Part shown: positions 1 through 13,340 of the stretch, in pieces
How the letters are laid out: each line of letters opens with the position of its first letter
Position numbering within the stretch: the stretch's first letter is position 1
Assembly: GCA_951406725.2 (NCBI GenBank)
Contig: OX597831.1
Span: 930,001 to 994,000 of the forward strand
Length of the DNA: 64,000 nt
Direction: 5' to 3'
From: Octopus vulgaris
Taxonomy: Eukaryota
The notes under the pieces: model-generated
What the model saw: only the letters and a program-made list of their open reading frames with translations
Told to the model about the DNA's origin: nothing
Database searches by the model: none
Made by a program: the position numbers and the translations under genes

Positions 1-215
1 TTAAAACTATATACAACATCGATATTCTGTTTTCCTCTTAAATGAAATAAAATCCTGTCTGTTAGGCCAAAAAAATATATGTATGTATCTATCTATCTAT
101 CTGCCTATTTGTCCGACCGTCCGTCCGTCCATCCATCTATCTCTCTCTCTCTCTCTCTTCCCCCCCTCTCTCTCTCTATATATATATATTAATGTTTGCT
201 TTTATGTTGAGTTAT

Positions 216-434
216 AATGGTTTCAAATTTTGGTGCTGAGTCAGCAGTTTTTGAGGGGAGTGGGGAAGTTGATTACATCGATCCCGGTACTTGACTGGTA
301 CTTGTTTTACCAACCCCGAAAGGATGAAAGGCAAATTTGAGCTTGGTAGAATTTGAACTCAGAATATAAAGATAGCTGTAATACTGCTAAGCATTAAGTC
401 TGGCGTGCTAACAATTCCGTCAGCTTACTGACTT
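216..434 (-). mobile_element. SINE family B copy (diverged)
   Basis: Reverse complement matches the family B body (GAGTTCAAATT...GCCTTTCATCCTTTCGGGGT...GTACCAG) seen at 6239 and 33432. Confidence 0.75.
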
Positions 435-1027
435 ATGTCAAATTTAAAATAACATGTTTATTATTCTTTAAGAAGAAGATTGTTGATAGTGACTTTGAAG
501 TCATTGTCAATTCTGTTCTTGTAAGAAATGATAAATATATGTGTACACACACACATGTGCATGCAGGTATATGCTGCTGCACTGATCAATAGCTAAAGCA
601 GAAACAGTTTATTCTAAATATCTTCCAAACAGCTTTCATACAGAAAGGCAATTTCAACACCCAGTGGCAAGAGCATGATTTGAAGTAGCAAGGAGGTTTG
701 AAGATGGAAGCTGAAAATGAACAACATGACAACGTTATGGAAGGAAGATTTAATTATCAGAATACAAGGAGTCATGATTTATAACTTTCACTTCTGGAAG
801 CTGGATAAAAGCACTAGTTACAACTCATGAGCAACGCACAGCTAACACCATCATACTTTACAACTTCATATAAATTTCAAGCCATGCCATTCTTGATGGT
901 ACTTCATGGTCATTACACATACATTTCAAAGCCAAGATTCCAACATAAACTTTGATTTGCCTTTATAGTAGTAGAAAATCATTTGATCCTGAACCATTGC
1001 TGATCCTGTATATAGCATGAGTACTCG

Positions 1028-1565
1028 TTAATCCTTTTTGATACCAACCCACTTAAGACCACCAATAGTTCTATGATACAAATTTACTGTCTGACACCTG
1101 TGCAGGTGGCACGTAAAAAGCACCCACTACACTCACGGAGTGGTTGGCATTAGGAAGGGCATCCAGCCATAGAAACATTGCCAGATCAGACTGGGCCTGG
1201 TGCAGCCTTCTGGCTTCCCAGACCCCATTTGAACTGTCCAACCCATGCTAGCATGGAAAGCGGATGCTAAATGATGATGATTTCTGTTAGCATATGCTGC
1301 TTTTGTTTTTTAGAAATAGATATTTTTAAAAAATTATGAATTTAGTAAAATAACCTTCTAATTAGTAAGCTGGGGTCTGGAACAATTTAGCATAAAATTT
1401 TGATGGAAATTTCGAAACAGTAAGTTTATGTCATAGATCCTAGGGTGTTCCCAGGTGTATTGGTAACAATAGGGATAAAAATAACAAAATATTTTACTAA
1501 ATTCTTCATTGTTTTCAAAATTAAGGCAAAGCATTTCCACAGGAATATGGCAGCAAAAGGGTTAA
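1028..1565. mobile_element. TTAA-flanked piggyBac-type MITE, interrupted by a family C SINE
   Basis: Starts TTAA-TCCTTTTTGATACC and ends AAAAGGG-TTAA; internal similarity to the MITE at 23056-23277. Confidence 0.55.
1092..1281 (+). mobile_element. SINE family C (RTE-type 3' tail, (GAT)n)
   Basis: GGCACGTAAAAAGCACCC...AGGAAGGGCATCCAG...CCATGCTAGCATGG...GATGATGAT; about 10 related copies in the window. Confidence 0.8.
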
Positions 1566-1654
1566 AGTGGACCATGAATACTATTCAACTACTCAAGCAT
1601 TTAGAACTATATTTACCAAATAAATACAACTACTTGTCCATCATTGTATCTCCA

Positions 1655-1915
1655 CCCCTCTCTCTCTCTCTCTTTGTTTTTCTTTCCCCTGCCTCCAAGG
1701 GGTATACCAGTCACTGCTCTTCTAAACTTACTGACTGCTTACTGCCACTGATAAAATCAGCTTGATTGGCATTTCCACTAATCACCATGCTAAATCTTTC
1801 CTCTCTAGAACATCATCCTTTGTAACCCCACCACCTCAACCTTCCTACACCATCGACATTTTCCCTGCAGGTGTTGGCTTACAGATACTCAAACTGAACA
1901 TAAGCCACATCAATA
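1655..1915 (+). mobile_element. Decayed CR1-type LINE ORF2 3' end
   Basis: Frameshifted peptides LSLF..HCSSKLTDCLLPLI and NHHAKSFLSRTSS..IFPAGVGLQILKLNI resemble the invertebrate CR1 C-terminus (SFFPRT..LWN.LP...FP...LQ.FK). Confidence 0.55.
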
Positions 1916-2471
1916 TCATCAGTCTCAGAGGGACAGTAAATGTCATAGATACTGCCAAACTGAACATAAATTGTACTGATCTCACCCAGTCTCAGAGGGC
2001 TTTTGAAGGTCCTGGGTATTATCTCCATTCCTCACTGAGCTAGAAATCAAAAAACAATGTTCTGTTTCATCCACAAGTAAAGTTATTTGGGAAAAGCTGG
2101 TTACTGATCCAAAGAAAGTCATTGTCTGCAACCATCTGACATTAGAGAAATGGGACTTAATCACTAGACTAATTAATTACAGACACCACCACCATCCATT
2201 TGACATCCACATTTCCATGCTTCTATGTGATGGATGAAATTTATTGTAGCAGATTTTCTATGGCTAGATGCTCATTCTGTCACCAACTCTTATCTATTTC
2301 CAAGTAAGGTAAATATTTCCCTATGACCAGATATGGTCTCACTGAATAGTGGAAATGAATGAAACTGCTTATGTTACAGTGACAATCATTTACAACAATC
2401 TCACGATGACAAGACAAGGAGACACAAACACACACACTCACCCACACATATACCTACATATATACATATGT

Positions 2472-3122
2472 TATAACGAAAACAACAAATCTTGAACAAC
2501 CATCTTTCAACTTTTAGACATCATAAGAGGCATTCAACTACCCTTTTGGCTTCAATGAGGAAACTTAAAAACAAAGGGATTAAATACAATGCCAAATGGA
2601 AAATCCTTTCCAAAACCAAATCCTATATCAACAGGTCAAAAAGATGTTTAATGTGTTCTCTTGAAAAACTATATCTCTCGAAGAATTTGAGAACCTCAAC
2701 AACAATGTAAATTCCAGAAATTAGGTTTTTCTTCATGTCTTCATTTTAAGAAATACATCTTGGTGGAATTTAAAAATAGGCCACTGAACACATTGTAAAG
2801 CATTAATATCTTCTTTACACTTTTTTCGGACACTTGTTTATTGTAACATTGGTTATCTTGCCCAGTGCTTTTCTTTCTGTCTTCTTTCTTATGAGCATTC
2901 CCTATTCCAATGTGATCTGCTTTAAAAAGCAACTGACAAACAGTCTTGTTCTCAGCTTGAAAAATAATGAAATAAATTACTGTTTTGGCAACAAAACCCT
3001 GGGTAACTGAATTTCAGAAGACTTAGGGTTTTTATTATGACATTATCTTTACTCTCTTGCTGATCGAGTGCTATTCTACTTGCTGAAGCCTTACCACATA
3101 ATAAGCCTCACTACACAATATA
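2472..3122 (+). mobile_element. Penelope-like element remnant: GIY-YIG endonuclease C-terminal part plus 3' region
   Basis: ORF 2492-2710 NNHLSTFRH..HSTTL...LKNKGIKYNAKWKILSKTKSY....KRCLMCSLEKLYL matches the typical PLE GIY-YIG tail (NNHxxSF..STxLSxxIWxLK..Y.I.W.IL..A..Y....RCxLCLxEK). Confidence 0.75.
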
Positions 3123-3124
3123 AA

Positions 3125-3163
<39 letters not shown>

Positions 3164-3339
3164 CAGAGAGATGGACTTCTTTTAGTTTCTATCTACCAAA
3201 TCCATTCATAAAGCTTTGGTTAGCCCGGGGCTATAGCGAAAGACACTTGCTCAAAACCTCTTACCACACAGCCTTGCACCTACAGTAGGAAATAAAGAAT
3301 CATAGTGAGCATTACTTGGGAAAATATCTTTTCATAAAT

Positions 3340-3622
3340 TATTTCAGGTGTCTATATAGTCATGGACAGACATATACAACCCCTTGGTCCTCTCACCAAT
3401 TTGACCCACTGGAACATCTAAGATGTGATGGCTGGGGTAAGAGAAGTGAGATGGCTGTACCAGTACTCAGTAGGTACTCACTTTCAGCTGAGTGGATTGA
3501 CGCAACATGAAATGAAGTGTCTTGCTCAAGGACAAATACGATGCCACCTGGTCAGGAATCAGACTCATAATCTCAGGATGATGAGCCCTAACACCCTAAC
3601 CACTATGCCACATACCTCCACA
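3340..3622 (-). mobile_element. tRNA-derived SINE (family F, CORE-like)
   Basis: Minus strand begins TGTGGAGGTATGTGGCATAGTGGTTAGGGTG, followed by CCTTGAGCAAGACACTTCATTTCA; related copy at 56692-56960. Confidence 0.65.
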
Positions 3623-4178
3623 TAGCAGGAAATGCCAATTAATAATTACAATTGAGAGTTTAATAAAGATTAGATGTTAAGAACAAAAAATATGTAAGAG
3701 AAACCATTGTGAAATAATTGAAAATGACTTTCCATAGCCTATAGCCATTAATCTTATTAGTTATCTACTCAGTAGTAGGAGCAGGAAACTAATACTCCAA
3801 ATTCTACCCCAAAATAGATTATTTTATAAGCAAGTGTTGAAACCTAATAGTAAGGTTATGGTACTGGACTAGTCACCAGACTGTCATGTGTTCAAACATC
3901 ACCATTTACTACCGCGAATACATGGAACTTGTGAGCAAGGTAGGTAACCATGGCTGGATCTTGCTGGTGGGGAGGGGGTAGATAAAATAAAAACTAATTT
4001 CATACTGTAACTAATTTAATTGACTATCTTCTCCACTCCTGACCCCCCCCACTACCACAACAATTGTCTTTCAGTTAATGAGAGAACTTCTACATGACTG
4101 TTTGATCTGCTAATAATAACAGCCAGCCACAGTTTCCTCAGACAAGTCTGTCTCTCTCCCACTCTCTCTCTTTCTCTC

Positions 4179-4221
<43 letters not shown>

Positions 4222-4877
4222 CAGAAGTAAGTCAATTCTGAAACATTATACTACCATGTCTTGTTGTGGTCACCAATTAATGACTACAAGAACCTACTGG
4301 ACATGAGAGGAACATACACAAAATCCAGAGTCACCCTGTTAGGGTTGTCCTCAATGAAAGAAATACAAAGAATGAATATCCAGAGTGGTGGATCTGCTAC
4401 TGACAACCAAGTGTTTGATCAGCTAACCCCATGCTACAGGTCTATTTTGGGCACAGTTCACTTGCAGAGTGGGACAAAAATGGAAGGTACACAACAATTG
4501 TTCTTGTACCAAATCCAAAGAAAACAATGCCTTTTTTTTTTTTTACATCATTTGATTATGTTTTCAAGCAATCAAAATTGTGAACTGTCTTTCAAAACAT
4601 CAAAAATGAAGAGTGTTTAGACATGAAACACACTGACACTCATTGTCTATAGAGTGTATCAGTTATGCCACAGGTCTATCAGGTTTTAAACAAAAAAAAA
4701 TCCCTACCCCAGTGGAATGCTGCCTTAGTTACGGGAGCATTTAACTAGGGTAGTAATGAGTACGACAGCAATAATTTTAAGAAACAAATGAGGATTGCAA
4801 ATTAAAGTCAGTCTTGTTTTTTAAAACCCTGAACCTTACAAAGGAGATGACTAAGGACAGAGATATGTAGTGCAAAG

Positions 4878-5088
4878 CACTGGTGATGGTGCAACAGAAA
4901 AAAAGCACCCAGTGCATTCTGTGGAGTGGTTGGCATTAGGAAGGGCATCCAGTCACTGAAACCAAGTCAAAACAGACTATGGAACCTGGTGTGGTCTATA
5001 GCCTTGTTAGTTCCCGTCATGCCATCCAACCTATGCCAGCAAGCATGGAAAACGGATGTTAAAGGATCATGATGATGATGATGATGAT
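4878..5088 (+). mobile_element. SINE family C copy
   Basis: AAAAGCACCC...GGTTGGCATTAGGAAGGGCATCCAG...GCATGGAAAACGGATGTTAAA..(GAT)n. Confidence 0.7.
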
Positions 5089-5769
5089 ACATGACTGATT
5101 CTTTTATCCTCTTGCACATTCCAATCATTAAACTGCAGTCATACTGGAGCATATTATTAAAAGCTATGTGACATGAGACAAAACCACATTAAATGTGCAC
5201 ATCTCTAATTATCCAACAAGACATCTGCAGTGGATTTGAGCTTCAGATCTTTTAGCTTTTGTCTAATGTCTAAGCTGTTTGCAAGTACTACAGCCAGACA
5301 GTTCATGTCTGATATTTAAACATCAAGAGGAGTCATGTGACTGTTTAAAAACAGATATTCAAACAAATTGTATGCAAATACCTAAATTTAGTAAACTCAC
5401 ATCCGACAAACTCATCCTAGCATGGGAAAAATAATTAAAAAAAAAAACAAAACAAAAAAAACAAGAAGAAAATAAAAGGAAGTTATGAAGTTGTAAACCA
5501 ACTTATATTTACATAATAAATTACTGATCTTGAATCCTTTGGGAGTTTCGCCAAAAATGAGAATTAAATTATTTATAAAGTACATAATTACTTTCACTAA
5601 TAATATAGAAGTTGTGTTACTTTCAGTATATAAAACAACAAAAATAAAGTCTACAAGTGTTACACCACCTTCACAGTTGGATGGCATTATATAGAGGAAG
5701 CAGGTGCAAAAATACCTGATTTTAAGAAAATATATAAATTTCTAAATGCTGCAGTGTATACTATGTATT

Positions 5770-6230
5770 TATAATTACTGTATAACTACCACAGCACACA
5801 CAACATATGGACAACTACCACACTATACAATATATACATAACTACCTCTCAACACACAACTACCATATAACTTCAACATTACTCATACGATACAACCACT
5901 ACACTACACATAACATATACAAACTACCACATTACATGATACACACACAACTACCAGACTGCATACACACACTACTACCAGACTATATACACATAATTAC
6001 AACACTATTCTATACATAATACACATGAAACAAGCATAACAACCACCATACGCAACATTTTTGTAATTACTGTACTTCACATCTAAAACTAATACATCAT
6101 ACTATTAGCTACCACATAATCATACTACCATACATATTCCTAACTACCAAACTATACACTCACAGGTACCACACTATATACTATACAACATTAACTACTA
6201 CATTACACAATATACTGTTAACTGCTACAC
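5770..6230. repeat. Degenerate minisatellite (ACTACCACAC-rich)
   Basis: Recurrent AACTACCACA/ACTACCAGAC motifs at roughly 20-bp spacing. Confidence 0.55.
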
Positions 6231-6238
6231 TTTCAGCC

Positions 6239-6471
6239 AAGGCAGCGAGCTGGCAGAAACGTTAGCACGCCAGGCAAAATGCGTAGCCATATTTCGTCTG
6301 CTGCTACGTTCTGAGTTCAAATTCTGCCGAGGTCGACTTTGCCTTTCATCCTTTCGGAGTCGATAAATTAAGTACCAGTTATGCACTGGGGTCGATGTAA
6401 TCAACTTAATCCATTTGTCTGTCCTTGTTTGTCCCCTGTGTGTTTAGCCCCTTGTGGGTAGTAAAGAAATA
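6239..6471 (+). mobile_element. SINE family B, near full length
   Basis: GGCAGCGAGCTGGCAGAAACGTTAGC (A-box-like)...GAGTTCAAATTC (B-box-like)...GCCTTTCATCCTTTCGGAGTCGATAAATTAAGTACCAG; near-identical copies at 33432 and 37752. Confidence 0.85.
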
Positions 6472-6503
6472 TATACTTTCAGCCATTGAAAGAGCCTCTA
6501 CAG

Positions 6504-6749
6504 CAGTGATTCTCAACCACTTTTGTCTATGGATCCCTTTGATTCCTATTCTACTCTACTGGGCCCCCATGTTTAAAAAAATCATATTTTATATTTATAA
6601 TCAAATATTATTAGGAATTGTATAAAAGAATTGTTAAAATATTTTGTGTTTTATAGAAATATAACCAATTTATTGCATATAAATATTAACAACAAAATCT
6701 TATATGAATTTCCAAGGTCTTTATGGACCCCAGTTGAGAACCACTACTG
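6504..6749. mobile_element. hAT (Charlie-type) MITE
   Basis: TIRs CAGTGATTCTCAAC / GTTGAGAACCACTACTG; 8-bp TSD CTCTACAG (6496-6503) / CTCTACAT (6750-6757); inserted in the head of a family D element. Confidence 0.75.
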
Positions 6750-6950
6750 CTCTACATGATCACTCAAACTGCTAGAAATAGCAGTTAACTTTCCCTTGAC
6801 TCACATCCTATCATATTAAATGGGGTGGGACACACTGAATAATGTAATTCTCAATGCACTTTCTCTGAATAAAATACAGGTTGGTCATAACCGGACTGCA
6901 TTTGATGACAGATCTGCTTGATCATCAGATGTGTCTTGGGGATAAACATT
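6750..6950 (+). mobile_element. Interspersed repeat family D (SINE-like, (CAA)n tail)
   Basis: CTGCTAGAAATAGCAG...GGACAC..GAATAATGTA...GGTCAT...TTTGAT..GATCTGCTTGATC...GGGATAAACA; about 20 copies in the window. Confidence 0.7.
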
Positions 6951-6968
6951 GTCACCTACAATGGAGTG

Positions 6969-7028
<60 letters not shown>

Positions 7029-7683
7029 TTTTTGTGAATAACAACATCACTGGTCATGTGTTTTTAATGGATCAATCATCAGTGATAGTGTCTGCGCAAC
7101 TTGAACAAATACTGTAGGGAATTTTTGTTTGAAAGCACCAGCTTGTCAGTTTTCTTGGCAATGTTTACATTCTTCACTGACATGCATTGGAATTGAGTTC
7201 AAATTCTCTTCTAAACAACATTGTAGAGAGCATGTATCTATGTTTGTGTTGAATATATGTGTGTCTGTATATATGTTTATATGTAAAACGTGTGAATATG
7301 TTCATTTGGATATGTCATTTATGTGTTGTATATTTTTGGTGTTAAGCCTTATGTCAATCGAAGCATCCAGCAGACCCATAATTACAGATCTGATTATAAT
7401 CAAAGGGATTCCAGCAACATCCATCATGCCCTTTCTTTTATGGAAGACACAAGGATGTGTTGCAAGGTAGATTTGGCTGCTATTTCTAGCAGGTTGATTA
7501 AACATGGAGTGATTCTCTTGTAAGCTCACATGCATGTGCCAAGCATATGTATGCATGCTTACTGTGCATGTATATATAAGCATATACATGTAGGTGAGGT
7601 ATATGTGCATTTTATAGGAGTATGACAATCACAAGTATATATTTATGCACGAACACTCATGTATACGCACACACACACACATG

Positions 7684-7720
<37 letters not shown>

Positions 7721-8492
7721 CTGTCATGCTGTATGCATGCGTTTGCATGCATGTGCACATAATTATTTACATACACACATATATTTATGTACACATTTTG
7801 ATGCTCAGATATATAAACACACATTCACATTTATATACATGCATATATATATATATATATATATAGGTGTACATAAAACATACACATGCTTTATCAGTGT
7901 ATAGGGGCAAGAGTGGTGTGAAAAATACAAGTACAAATAATCATTGTGTATGCATATGCGTGTGTGTGTGTGCATTTATACATACATATAAAAGTAAACA
8001 CATAAATGCATAGAATATATACATATTTTTATGTGCATACATACATCTATGAACACACACACACACACACACACATATACATATTTATAAATTCCTGTGT
8101 ATATATATGTATATGTATATATATATATATGTGTGTGTATTGTATGTGTGTAGTGTCTTCCTAATCTGCCAAACGATAATTCAAAATGCATTAAAAAGTC
8201 TAGCAGAAACAGAACCAAAAAATAACAACCAAAAATAATAAAAAAAAAAAAAACAAAACGAAAATGGATTGACGAGGAAATCAGTACAAAGACTGAACTG
8301 ATTCCATCATGATGAAATGTTTACCGAAGAGTCAAAGATGGTAAGCTGAATGAAGCTGGGAAGCTGGAAACCTGAAGATACTGAAAGGGATGATGAGGTG
8401 TGCTGTGGGGTGGGTGGGTGGGTGGAAGATTAAGGTTAATCTTTGTTGATAAAATATCAGCGATATTGTTGATTTCTACCACTGCACTGCCA

Positions 8493-8820
8493 CTAGCACC
8501 ACCACCACAACCACCACCACCGCCACCACCACCACCACCACCACCGCCACCAACAACAACAACAAGCTACCCCACTACCACCACCACCATGAGTACTGAC
8601 ACCAGCACTAACACTGCAATCACCACTACCAGCACTGCTACCACCACCACTGCCACCACCACCACCAACAACAACAAGCCACCCCACTACCACCACCACC
8701 ATGAGTACTGACACCAGCACTAGCACTGCTATCACCACTAGCAGCACTGCTACCACCACCATTACAATCAACTGCAAACAACACTCAAACGTCACCATCA
8801 CCACCAACAAAACCATCCTC
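8493..8820. repeat. (ACC)n-rich low-complexity tract with internal ~70-bp duplication
   Basis: ACC triplets; ATGAGTACTGACACCAGCACTA occurs at ~8589 and ~8701. Confidence 0.8.
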
Positions 8821-9949
8821 CACTAGCAGCACCTCCCTACCCCCCATCATAAGCTACAAACAGCAGCACCACTATCCTAACTACCTCATCTTTCACCACA
8901 TCCTACCACTATCCCCCATTAACAGCACTGCCATTACCAAATCTTCACCACTACTTCCACAGTCATTATTGTCAACAGGCGTCCACATTTTTTTTTTTCA
9001 AACATTTTCTGTCTTCATCATATGGCATTTCCTCTGTCTATGTGCTCTGAGTTCAAATTCTGCTATGGTTGACTGTACCTTTTATCCTTTCAAGACTGAT
9101 AAAAATAAATACCAATTAAGCTGTTGGGGCTGATGCAATTGACTTCTCTCCCTTTAAAATTTCAGGCCTTGTGCCTATAGTAAAAACAAAATAGAAGTTA
9201 AGTACACTGAGGGGATGGAACAATATAATCAGCTGTTCCTTTTTCCCAACTTTATGGCCTGTGAACAATTCTAGACATCAATGCAGATAGTTTGATTAGC
9301 GTTTTTTTTTCTGCAGATGTCCAAAAGGTGACAACAGTACCTAATATACACTTGTCCAGTGTCTGTACATTGCTGATTTGGGGTTTATGTACAACAGCTG
9401 TTATCATGTGAAGCACGAATCTGGTATTAGCTGAGTCTATAGTGAAAATCAACCCACAGAAGAGTAGGTAGACTTCTCCTGTTTCGTGGCTACAGTGAAG
9501 GAAATTGAAAGGTTTGAAGCCAGAACTCTTCCCTTTCAGGCCAAGCCCTTGTCAACTTCTTCAAGTACCAATTGATAAAGTGATGGTAGTGAGAGAAGTG
9601 ATATCTTCAAGTAAATTCCATAAAAGGTGGGTATGAATTGTGAAATGAGCATGATTTAATGGACTCACTCTGTAGAGTTGTAGGCTGGAAGCAAGAACTA
9701 GGAGAAGGCATTTGCTGTAAGTGTATCAGGATAACCAGGGGTTTTATGTGGGGTATCCCAAATATATGTGGTTGCCTTACCATTTTGTGGACACTTTCTT
9801 GCTCTTATTTTATTGTTATTGATCATTTATCCTTTTTACTTAATGTAAATTCATTTTTCTTGTATTTCATCCTTTATATTGCCCCCTAACATTTTGAGCT
9901 CCTGTGATAAATAAAAGAAATCGTTATCTCGGCAGTGGATTCCAGAATC

Positions 9950-10642
9950 ATTAATGAACTGGAGAGATTTCCTTGTAGTATTTAGTTTTGTCCCTTTACA
10001 TTGAAATCCTGCCAATGTCAACTTTCAGGAGTCAATAAAATAAAGTATCAGCCAAGAACTGGTGTTGATGGCTTTCAGCCTTTTATTATTACTATTATTA
10101 CTGCCTTTCAACCTTTCAGAGTTGATTAAATAAAGTACCAGTCTATGACTAATCATCTCTCCTCAAAATTGCTGACCTTGTGTTTAAATTAGAAACCATT
10201 ATTATCATCATTATTAAGGTGGCAAGCTGGCAGAATCGTTTGCATGCTGGATGAAATGCTTAGCTGTATTTTATCTACCGTTACACTCTGAGTTCAAATT
10301 CTGCTGAGGTCGACTTTGCCTTTCATCCATTCAGGGTCAATAAATTAAGTACCAGTTATGCACTGGGGTCGATGTAATCAACTTAATCTCTTTGTCCTTG
10401 TTTGTCCCCTCTATGTTTAGCTCCTTGTGGGCAATAAAAAAACAAGAATCATTAGCACACCGGGTGAAATGTTTAGCGGTATTTTGTCTGTCGCTACGTT
10501 CTAAGCCCAAATTCTGCCGAGGTCAACTTTGCCTTTCATTCTTTCAGGGTTGATAAATTAAGTACCATTGGAGTACTGGCATCAATTTAATCAACTTAAC
10601 CCCTCCCCCAAAATTTCAGGCCTTGTGCCTTTAGTAGAAAGG

Positions 10643-10690
<48 letters not shown>

Positions 10691-10828
10691 GTTGTTGTTG
10701 TTGTTATTATTAAGGCGACAAGCTAGCAGAATCGTTAGTATGCCAGGCAAAATACTTAACGGCATTTCATCTGTCTTTTGTGTACTGAGTTCAAATTCCA
10801 CTGAGATTGAAACCATTATCATCATCAT

Positions 10829-10860
<32 letters not shown>

Positions 10861-10870
10861 TTATTATTAT
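9950..10870 (+). mobile_element. Cluster of about 5 tandem family B SINE copies with (ATT)n tails
   Basis: Repeated GGCAAGCTGGCAGAATCGTT / TTTGCCTTTCAT / AAGTACCAG blocks at ~9960, 10100, 10216, 10446 and 10712. Confidence 0.75.
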
Positions 10871-11739
10871 ACTATCTTTAGATACTGCTTTAGCAATTAT
10901 TATAATTATTGTTATTCTTTATTTAAAAAAAAAAAATAATATCACCCTCTTCCTTCAATTTTTGTATTATTTTTCTTTGTCCTTTTATCATTATTGATGC
11001 CAATGTTGTTATTCTTCATTCCTCGTCTCCTTCATCTGCCATCTCATCTCCTATTCCTGCCACTACTTTTTCTTCTACTCATTCGTCTCCTTCAATCACT
11101 TCTGAATTACTGCGATATTATTAATCTTCCCAGTCACAGCGGAATTTAGTTATTGCAATATATAAAAAAAAAAAAACCCAAAAAAAACAAAACAAAACAG
11201 AACAAAAACAACACAGAACAACGTCTGAGAAGAAGGATATGGTTTATAATAATCTTTGTGATTTTCCGTTTGTTGTATCATTATCATCATCATCTACACC
11301 ATCATCATCATTATTATTATCATTATTATTATCATCTACAATAGTTGTTGTTGTTGTTGTTGGTTAAGAAATCATTAATTTTTTTTTTCTTTTTACTTTT
11401 CTACTGCAGTCAATAATCTTTGGCAAAGTTAATTATTACTAAAAAAAAAAAAAAATAAAAATAAAACAACACCAAAAAAAAAACCCCCTATCATTATAGT
11501 TATTATTTTTGTTGTTGCCGTGTGTTTGTGTGTTTCTCTTCTTTTCCATTTCTATCAGGGTTAATCCTTATTTGACAGAGAGGAAGAAGGAAATTCAAGA
11601 ACGTTAAGTTTAGTTTGCAAGATTTGAAAGGAAGGAATATTAATGAACGTAATACAGATTCTAACTGATGCTTTTACACCACTGATGTCATATAGCATGT
11701 TCAATAGACATCAAACAACTTGATCACCGTCACCACATG

Positions 11740-11961
11740 CACGCACACACAGACATACACAAACATGCACACAAACACACACATACATACATATATATGT
11801 AAGTGTGCATGTGTGTGTGTATGTATGTATGTATATGAATAAATAAATAAATATATATATATAAATATATGTGAATACATACATGTACACATACACATAG
11901 ATACACATGCACACACATATATACATACATGCACACAAATACACACATATATATATGTATG

Positions 11962-11992
<31 letters not shown>

Positions 11993-12490
11993 CTGTGTGT
12001 GTGCATGTGTGTATATATACACATATATGTATATGTACATAAATATATGTGCATACATACATATACACATACATAGATACACACATACATAGATACACAC
12101 ACACACACACATATATACATACATGCACACAAATACACACATATATATATATGTATGTATATATATATATGTGTGTGTGTGTGTGTCTGTGTGTGTGCAT
12201 GTGTGTATATATACACATATATATATATGTACATGAATATGTGCATACATAAACACATACACACATACATAGATACATACACACATATATATATACATAC
12301 ATGCACACAAATACACACATACATATATATGTATATATATATGTGTATGTATGTGTGAGTGTATATATACACACATATATGTATATGTACATAAATATAT
12401 GTGCATACATACATACACAAACACACACACACACACACACATAGATACACACACAAACACACATGCACATACACACACACCACACATGTT
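11740..12490. repeat. Compound (CA)/(TA)/(TG) microsatellite with ~180-195-bp higher-order period
   Basis: Anchor CATGCACACAAATACACACAT recurs at ~11928, 12122 and 12300. Confidence 0.8.
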
Positions 12491-12948
12491 ATAACATCTG
12501 CTGGCAAAGAAAGGGATTCTCCCCCCAATAGAAGGGGGGATTGTGTGATGTGCGATGATGCATGGTTGCAAAACATGGGCACGAGATGTAGGGGGTATGT
12601 GTAAAGGCTAGAAAGAAAAGAGCTGGGCATGCTCTACTGGATGAGCAGTGTTTAGCGTGCATGAACGACAAAGCACAAATGAGCTGAGAGAAAGACGGGG
12701 TATAAAGTGGAATCAGATGTTGTGTGCAAGAGGGAGATGACTGAACCAGGATGGACGTGCGATGCATATGAAGGATGACAGTTGGGTAAAGAGGCCCCAA
12801 ACAATCCAAGTGGAAGGAACCTGCAGAAGAGGGAGGCATGGAAGAGAAGTGATGAAAACTTGATCTTGAGAAACTGAACATGATAAAGGAAATGACAAAG
12901 AAATGCAGCCCATGCAAGCAAGGAAAAAAAATTATATAAAAATGATGG

Positions 12949-12978
<30 letters not shown>
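12490..12978 (+). mobile_element. Decayed RTE-clade LINE 3' end
   Basis: Frameshifted peptides ..VHERQSTNELRER.GI / RCCVQEGR / MHMKDDSWVKR..IQVEGTCRRGR, ending in CCCATGCAAGCA..(GAT)n. Confidence 0.75.
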
Positions 12979-12979
<1 letters not shown>

Positions 12980-12980
12980 A

Positions 12981-13120
12981 TTCTTTTATTTGTTTCAGTC
13001 ATTTGACTACAGCCATGCTGGAGCACCGCCTTTAGTCGAGCAAATCGACCCCAGACTTATTCATGTTGGGGGGGGGGTGGAAACACAGACACAAAAACAT
13101 ATACACACACACACATATAC

Positions 13121-13161
<41 letters not shown>

Positions 13162-13300
13162 ACGGGCTTCTTTCAGTTTCCATCTACCAAATCCACTCAC
13201 AAGGCTTTGGTTGGCCTGAGGCTATAGTAGAAGACACTTGCCCAAGGTGCCAGGTAGTGGGACTGAACACAGAACCATGTGGTTGGTAAGCACAGCCACT
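12981..13300 (-). mobile_element. SINE family A copy (internally deleted)
   Basis: Reverse complement of the 41385-41782 head and tail with a central microsatellite. Confidence 0.8.
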
Positions 13301-13301
13301 C

Positions 13302-13340
<39 letters not shown>

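Noticed and set aside
2930-2985. Possible hammerhead downstream of the PLE ORF (CTGACAA...GAAA)
   Set aside because: Stems I and II cannot be formed convincingly.
8400-8816. Pro/Thr-rich mucin-like ORF (also 16634-16990 and 49515-49946)
   Set aside because: Triplet-repeat low complexity with no supported exon structure.
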